Positions 58,874 to 64,000 of a DNA stretch of 64,000 bases are shown here, one piece after another. A program made the translations under genes and the position numbers. The notes beneath the pieces were generated by a model. That model was given only the letters and a program-made list of their open reading frames with translations. It was not told the origin of the DNA and did not search any database. Positions within the stretch are counted from its first letter, which is position 1, and the number at the start of each line of letters is the position of its first letter. The DNA is from Spirochaetota bacterium (GTDB taxonomy: Bacteria; Spirochaetota; UBA4802; JAFGJZ01), in NCBI GenBank assembly GCA_027858855.1, contig JAQIBV010000038.1, forward strand, positions 31,966-95,965, given 5' to 3'.

Positions 58874-59610
58874 GCTTCACCTTTCCAGTGTACAATTTTT
58901 TTTTCAAGAAAAGTAAAGAGGCGATTAAAGACAAAGCCAAGAGTCCCGGCTATAATAATTGCTGCATACATCTCTTTTGTTTTGTAAGAAAGTTGAGCAT
59001 TATAAATGACAGCTCCTAATCCATCAGATGCCATGAGTATTTCAACAACAATAGAGATTGCTAAGCATAATGAGAGGCTTATTTTTAATCCAGCAAAAAT
59101 ATGAGGCAGTGCTTCGGGTAGGTACACCTTCAACAATTGTCTTCGTGGAGTCATTTTCATTGCATTGGCTGTATAGATGCGTATTTTTTCACTGTTTTTA
59201 ACACCATAGCAGGTATTTACAATAATTATAAGAGAACCGGCAACATAGATAACAGCAATACGAGCTATATCATTTGGACCAAAGACGAGAATAAAAAGGG
59301 GAATTAATGAAGGAATCGGGAGCGCGCGTAGAAATTCTATAGAAAAGCCCAGCAGGTTGTATAATGGTTTGGAAAAACCTAATAGTAATCCAAGTGGAAT
59401 TCCTATTAGTATGCTAAGACCAAATGCTTGCATTACTCTTGAAAGTGTGAATAGCATGTTTTTTATTAGTTCCCCTGAAATAATAAAAAACCCAAGGGCT
59501 CTAAATATTTCATGGGGTGGGGGAAGAAAAAGAGTATTGATAATTTTACTAAAATATAGTAAATACCACACTGCAAAGAAGAAGGCTGCTCCAATAAGAC
59601 TGTCTTTCAT
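58870..59610 (-). CDS. ABC transporter permease (TauC/SsuC-like)
   Basis: LPPP; GIPLGLLLG; LRALPIPSLIPL; LPEALPHIFAGLK; VEILMASDGLG. Confidence 0.92.
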   Translation of the reverse strand: MKDSLIGAAFFFAVWYLLYFSKIINTLFLPPPHEIFRALGFFIISGELIKNMLFTLSRVMQAFGLSILIGIPLGLLLGFSKPLYNLLGFSIEFLRALPIPSLIPLFILVFGPNDIARIAVIYVAGSLIIIVNTCYGVKNSEKIRIYTANAMKMTPRRQLLKVYLPEALPHIFAGLKISLSLCLAISIVVEILMASDGLGAVIYNAQLSYKTKEMYAAIIIAGTLGFVFNRLFTFLEKKIVHWKGEA

Positions 59611-60087
59611 AAAAAATCCTGATTATTAGAATGTTTATGCTTTGGTCGCTTGATATTGGTCATATTTAAAAATGAAGATACAGTATAAATAAATGAATTT
59701 GGTGCTGATTATAAGTGTTATGCGCTTTAGAAAAGGCATCGTTCTATATAAAAGATAAGATAATATTTATCTATAAAAATTACAAGTCATTTTGGGATAT
59801 TAAGAAGAAAAATTCCGTAGATATTGTTATAAATTAGTTTTAGATAAAAACTAAGATTATCGATGCTTCGAGCCAGTCGCTATTTGATTGTCATAGCCAA
59901 ATTTATAAAGGCACGTGAATAACAGAAAATATAAATCATCTAGATGTGATGGTAGAGCCGCTCATACTTTAGTCGTAATTAGTATTTGTAATCTCGGCCT
60001 AAAATAATTTGATTATTATTCGTGTTGTTATAGATATGTTGTAATAAAGAAATTAGAGACGACAATAAACAACCGGAGTGTAAATAT

Positions 60088-60975
60088 ATGAAAACTTTTA
60101 AAATGCTTATTTTAATGTCTGTTTTAACTATTGTTTCCTGTTCAAAAGGACCTTCCTCGTTGGTTAACAAAATTGTTTCAGATTCTGGTGTGCCAGAAAT
60201 ACGGCTATATAAGGAGTTCCATTCTGACAAGTTTACTATGGATAAGCTTGAGGCTCATATTTTTTATCCGGAAGGTTATGATGCAAATAGAGAAGAGCCA
60301 TATAAAGTAGCTGCCTATTTTCATGGAGGTGGTTGGAGTCAGGGATCTCCCACAGAGGGCTATCCATATGCCGAGCATTTTGCGTCTCTCGGTTTTGTTG
60401 CAGTCTCTTTTGAATATCGTCTGGTGGACTATGTAAACATCACCGGAATTGAATGTGTAAAGGATGTTAATTCGGCAATTAGATGGCTTCGTACCTATAA
60501 TAAAGAGTTAAATATTGATTCTGATCATATTGCGGCTGTCGGGCTTTCGGCTGGTGGCCATTTGGTAATAGCGAATTCGATGTTTCCCGATATAATTGAA
60601 GAGGGTGAAGATTCGAAAATCAGCTCAGTTCCGAACATTGTTTGGGCATTTGCTCCGCCGGTTAGTTTTAAAAACAATAATTTTTATATGTCAGTTAGTC
60701 TTGACAGCGAACAGGTGTTACAGATTTGTCCAATGACAAACATTAAGCCTGGAAATGTTCCTGTCTATATTATTCATGGAGACCAGGATAGCGTTGTCTA
60801 TTACGATGATTCTGTCGCGTTTGTAAAAAAGATGCAAGAGACCGGTAATGAGAGTGAATTGTGGACGATCAAGGAAGGTAAACACAGTTCTTTCTGGGAA
60901 AACCAGGAACACATGGATTATGTATACACTATTATTAAAGATCAGCTGAAAAAAATTAACTGGATTAAACCATGA
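60088..60975 (+). CDS. Alpha/beta hydrolase (HSL-like esterase) lipoprotein
   Basis: Lipobox IVSC; FHGGGW; EYRL; GLSAGGHL; IIHGDQD; GKH. Confidence 0.87.
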   Translation: MKTFKMLILMSVLTIVSCSKGPSSLVNKIVSDSGVPEIRLYKEFHSDKFTMDKLEAHIFYPEGYDANREEPYKVAAYFHGGGWSQGSPTEGYPYAEHFASLGFVAVSFEYRLVDYVNITGIECVKDVNSAIRWLRTYNKELNIDSDHIAAVGLSAGGHLVIANSMFPDIIEEGEDSKISSVPNIVWAFAPPVSFKNNNFYMSVSLDSEQVLQICPMTNIKPGNVPVYIIHGDQDSVVYYDDSVAFVKKMQETGNESELWTIKEGKHSSFWENQEHMDYVYTIIKDQLKKINWIKP

Positions 60976-61269
60976 TTAAACCATGATTAAAGGATTAAAC
61001 CATGATTAAAGGATTAAAGGATTAAAGGATTAAAGGATTAAAAGATTAAAAGATTAAAAGATTAGAAGATTAGAAGATTAAAGGATTAGAGAATCAAGCA
61101 AGAGGAGCAAGAGGAGCAAGAGAAGCAAGAGAAGCAAGAGAAGCAAGAGAAGCAAGAGAAGCAAGAGAAGCAAGAGAAGCAAGAGAAGCAAGAGAAGCAA
61201 GAGTATTAAAGGATTGCCGTGATTAGAGAATCAAGAAATCAAGAAAATCGTGAAAATCAAGGTTCAGAC
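60962..61269 (+). repeat. Left copy of a GATT/AATC repeat element containing (GGATTAAA)n and 12 x AGCAAGAG(A/G/T) tracts
   Basis: Starts GGATTAAACCATGATTAAACCATGATTAAAGG; 8-mer run at about 61003-61088; 9-mer run at 61097-61204; ends AAAATCGTGAAAATCAAGGTTCAGAC. Confidence 0.92.
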
Positions 61270-61280
61270 AATAAAAGGAA

Positions 61281-61658
61281 ATGATGAAGCACGAAGAATT
61301 AACATATATGATTATCGGATGTGCTATGGAGGTTCACAAGCATTTGGGTAATGGCTTTCAGGAAGTCGTTTATCAACGCGCATTAGCCATTGAAATGCAA
61401 ATGCAGGGAATCGAGTATAGTAGAGAATTTGTAATGTCATTGCAATATAAGGGATATGATATTGGCACCCGAAGAGTAGACTTTTTTGTCGAAAATACAA
61501 TTATGGTTGAAATCAAAGCGTTGATAAATCTTGAAGATGTTCATTTGGCACAAGCCATGAATTATGTTGAAGCATACAACCTTGAAATAGGTTTGCTGAT
61601 AAATTTTGGGGCAAAAAGCTTGCAACATAAAAGGGTGCACAATAACAGTAAGGATTAA
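61281..61658 (+). CDS. GxxExxY protein (PD-(D/E)xK nuclease-like family)
   Basis: IIGCAMEVHKHLGNGFQEVVYQRAL; RVDFFVE..MVEIKA; HLAQAMNY; GLLINFG. Confidence 0.92.
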   Translation: MMKHEELTYMIIGCAMEVHKHLGNGFQEVVYQRALAIEMQMQGIEYSREFVMSLQYKGYDIGTRRVDFFVENTIMVEIKALINLEDVHLAQAMNYVEAYNLEIGLLINFGAKSLQHKRVHNNSKD

Positions 61659-61852
61659 ACCATGATTAAACCATGATTAAAGGATTAAAGGATTAGCATG
61701 ATTAAAGAATCAAGCATGTCGAGAGGAGCAAGCGGAGCAAGAGTATTAAAGGATTGCCGTGATTAGAGAATCAAGAAATCAAGAAATCAAGAAATCAAGA
61801 AATCGTGAAATCGTGAAATCGTGAAATCTAGAAAATCGTGAAAATCAAGGTT
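61652..61852 (+). repeat. Right copy of the GATT/AATC repeat element with (AAATCAAG)n and (AAATCGTG)n tracts
   Basis: Same 5' block as 60962; GAGTATTAAAGGATTGCCGTGATTAGAGAATCAAGAAATCAAGAAA identical at 61201 and 61741; ends AAAATCGTGAAAATCAAGGTT. Confidence 0.92.
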
Positions 61853-62300
61853 TAAATTTCGTATAATCAACAATTAATAGGGCTTCTCCCTGGTCAATGT
61901 CTTGACATTTTTATGTTTTTAAGGCATATTTAGTTGGTACATACTTCTTCCGAGTTGCAAAATTCAAACCCCGGTAAAACGGGCTCACAAAATGCCTACA
62001 CTCATCAGCCACATGCTGGTTAACCGATCTGACTTTAATCAAACAAGTATTTCTTAAAACTGAAGTGAACATTGCTTTTGCTCACGATACTTTTAGCAGT
62101 TCAGTACAGCTGCCTTTGTACAGCAGGCCGAAGTCACAGTGCAAAAGGGTACTCAATTCTGCTATTGAAGCTGAACGCTGGCAAATTCTTCTTGTTTGAA
62201 AAATATTCTGCGTTGTGTGAGTGAAATCAATAGCTGGAATAAAAGCTTACCTATTCAGAATGTTTGACAGGTTGTTCTCAATAATAAAATCGGGGTATCC

Positions 62301-64000
62301 ATGAAAAGTCGTTTGAAATACAGTCATGATCGCAAAATCAATCCACTACTCCGGGGAAAGAAATTCTCAGGTAAATATGCTGGGGGCTCTCAGCCCTTAC
62401 GCTCTGAACTTTTTAGTGCCGATCAGATGGATAAGCATGGGCGAATAATTGCCGAAGCCCATGATATTATGCCTGGAATCTCACGCAAGCAACACCTTCT
62501 GGTACGCCTCGCTGAAAACGAGATAATTTTACTGGATGTACACCGCATCCTCAGTGAAGCAGTCAGAAAAAAGCGTCGCATTACACCAGCGGCTGAGTGG
62601 CTGCTGGATAACTTCTACCTAATTGAAGAGCATATTAAAACCGGCAGACGACATTTACCTAAGAGTTACAACCGCGAATTGCCGCATCTTGCAACGGGAA
62701 AGTCAGCGGACCTTCCACGGGTGTACGACATTGCCATGGAGATGATATCGCATGGTGATGGTTGGGTTGATCCGCATAACCTGTCGCGATTTATCTCGTC
62801 CTATCAAAGCGTTTCTCCATTAAAGTTAGGCGAGATATGGGCGATACCAATTATGCTGCGTCTTACTCTTATTGAGAATTTGCGGAGGGTGGCTGTGCTG
62901 ATAGCCGCCGATATGACAGAGCAGGATCTGGCCGGATACTGGGCCGATCGAATACTTGAAGTTGTAGAGAAGGATCCGAAAAACCTTATTCTGACCGTTG
63001 CAGAGATGGCTCATTTGAAGCCACCTCTTAATAGTGCCTTTGTCGCAGAACTTTCCCGCCGGCTTCACGGACAGAGTGCAGCCCTTGCTCTTCCCTTAAC
63101 CTGGATAGAGCAGCAACTCTCTGAAGCAGGCCTTACAGTGAATCAGCTGGTGCAATCTGAAATACAGCAACAGGCGGCAAACCAGGTTTCAATGAGCAAC
63201 ACAATCGGAAGCCTGCGCTTTTTGAACAGCATGAACTGGCATGATTTTGTTGAATCTTTAAGTGTTATAGAGCATACCCTCAGCGAAGATCCCGCAGGCT
63301 ATTACAGAGGAATGGATTTTGCTACCCGTGACCTGTACCGCCATGTGATTGAAAAAGGCGCTAAAAAAAGCCGCGGTAATCTGACTGAACATGCAGTGGC
63401 AAAGAAGGCCATTAGGCTTGCCCGCAAAGGAGCTGGCAGCCATGGAACAGCTGACCGCAGAGCCCATGTAGGATATTACCTGATTGACAAGGGGTATCGT
63501 GAGTTCAAGAGCATCATAAAGATGCGTTATTCACCGGCAGCAGCACTCAAAGAAGCGGGTACACTCATAAAATTATCTCTTTTTATTACGTGTATAATTA
63601 TTTTTGCCGCGATATTCACATATGGGATTGCGACAAAATTCTATTCCGGTGGAATTGATGGCTTTGATGGCTGGACGCTCGGACTGTTTGCTGCGATCAC
63701 CTTTGTCTGCGCACTTCATCCAGCAATCGCATTAACGAACCGGCTTGCGGCTCTTATTGTTGAGGCCGACCTGATTCCTCGGATGGATTTTTCAAAAGGC
63801 GTTCCGCACGGTTTTCAAACACTTGTTGTCGTTCCCTCGATGATTACCAGTTCTGAAAATATTGCAAACCTCATAGAGGCGCTTGAGGTACGTTTCCTCG
63901 CAAACCGTGATGAACACATCTACTTCGGGCTTCTTACGGATTTTAAAGACGCCAGCAGTCAGACCCTTCCAGAGGACGAGGCGTTGATAAACCTTGTTGC
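62301..64000 (+). CDS. Cyclic beta-1,2-glucan synthetase (Cgs/NdvB-like), N-terminal part; runs off the window and is therefore absent from the ORF track
   Basis: Manual translation: PLRSELFSADQM; ITPAAEWLLDNFYLIEE; LPKSYNRELP; PRVYDIA; LKLGEIWAIPIMLR..LIENLRR; MDFATRDLYRH; PRMDF..TLVVVPSM. Confidence 0.88.
   Translation, partial: MKSRLKYSHDRKINPLLRGKKFSGKYAGGSQPLRSELFSADQMDKHGRIIAEAHDIMPGISRKQHLLVRLAENEIILLDVHRILSEAVRKKRRITPAAEWLLDNFYLIEEHIKTGRRHLPKSYNRELPHLATGKSADLPRVYDIAMEMISHGDGWVDPHNLSRFISSYQSVSPLKLGEIWAIPIMLRLTLIENLRRVAVLIAADMTEQDLAGYWADRILEVVEKDPKNLILTVAEMAHLKPPLNSAFVAELSRRLHGQSAALALPLTWIEQQLSEAGLTVNQLVQSEIQQQAANQVSMSNTIGSLRFLNSMNWHDFVESLSVIEHTLSEDPAGYYRGMDFATRDLYRHVIEKGAKKSRGNLTEHAVAKKAIRLARKGAGSHGTADRRAHVGYYLIDKGYREFKSIIKMRYSPAAALKEAGTLIKLSLFITCIIIFAAIFTYGIATKFYSGGIDGFDGWTLGLFAAITFVCALHPAIALTNRLAALIVEADLIPRMDFSKGVPHGFQTLVVVPSMITSSENIANLIEALEVRFLANRDEHIYFGLLTDFKDASSQTLPEDEALINLV

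Noticed and set aside
60962-61852. Possible CRISPR array or low-complexity coding region
   Set aside because: Contiguous 8-9 bp tandem units without spacers; the GATTAA tracts put stops in the forward frames.
61955-62040. Possible c-di-GMP-I riboswitch upstream of the glucan synthetase
   Set aside because: CAAACCCCGGTAAAACGGG resembles P2 only loosely; the GAAA loop, GACGCAAA and second stem are missing.
62301-64000. Apparent gene-free end of the window in the ORF track
   Set aside because: It is an open frame from ATG 62301 that runs past the window edge (Cgs/NdvB-like), not a non-coding region.

Overview
Bacterial chromosomal window of roughly 40% GC with several AT-richer stretches. The gene content (SH3b lipoproteins, LacI-fold/GGDEF fusion, CHASE2-like pseudo-cyclase, 2-oxoacid:ferredoxin oxidoreductase) suggests a free-living, probably anaerobic or facultative spirochaete; this is an inference. 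From left to right it holds: the end of an acyl-CoA carboxyltransferase, a 77-79 bp hairpin repeat array, a ROK regulator and GH5 glycosidase, a creBCD operon bracketed by inverted GGGGACGG motifs with a cre-tag upstream of creD, an MMPL/LolA-like/beta-barrel plus PaaX cluster, an AAA-wHTH ATPase, and an AT-rich GMC/PLP/AhpD operon. These are followed by korAB-type genes, two diguanylate cyclases, D-lyxose isomerase, surface proteins (two frameshifted), signalling proteins and an RND pump. The right end carries an AT-rich operon resembling a benzoxazole (closoxazole/nataxazole-type) biosynthesis cluster with an added U32 Fe-S protein and ABC importer, a GxxExxY gene between two copies of an internally expanding GATT/AATC repeat element, and the start of a cyclic beta-1,2-glucan synthetase-like gene. 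No rRNA, tRNA, CRISPR array or transposase was seen. All calls come from motif recognition by eye; no database search was run.
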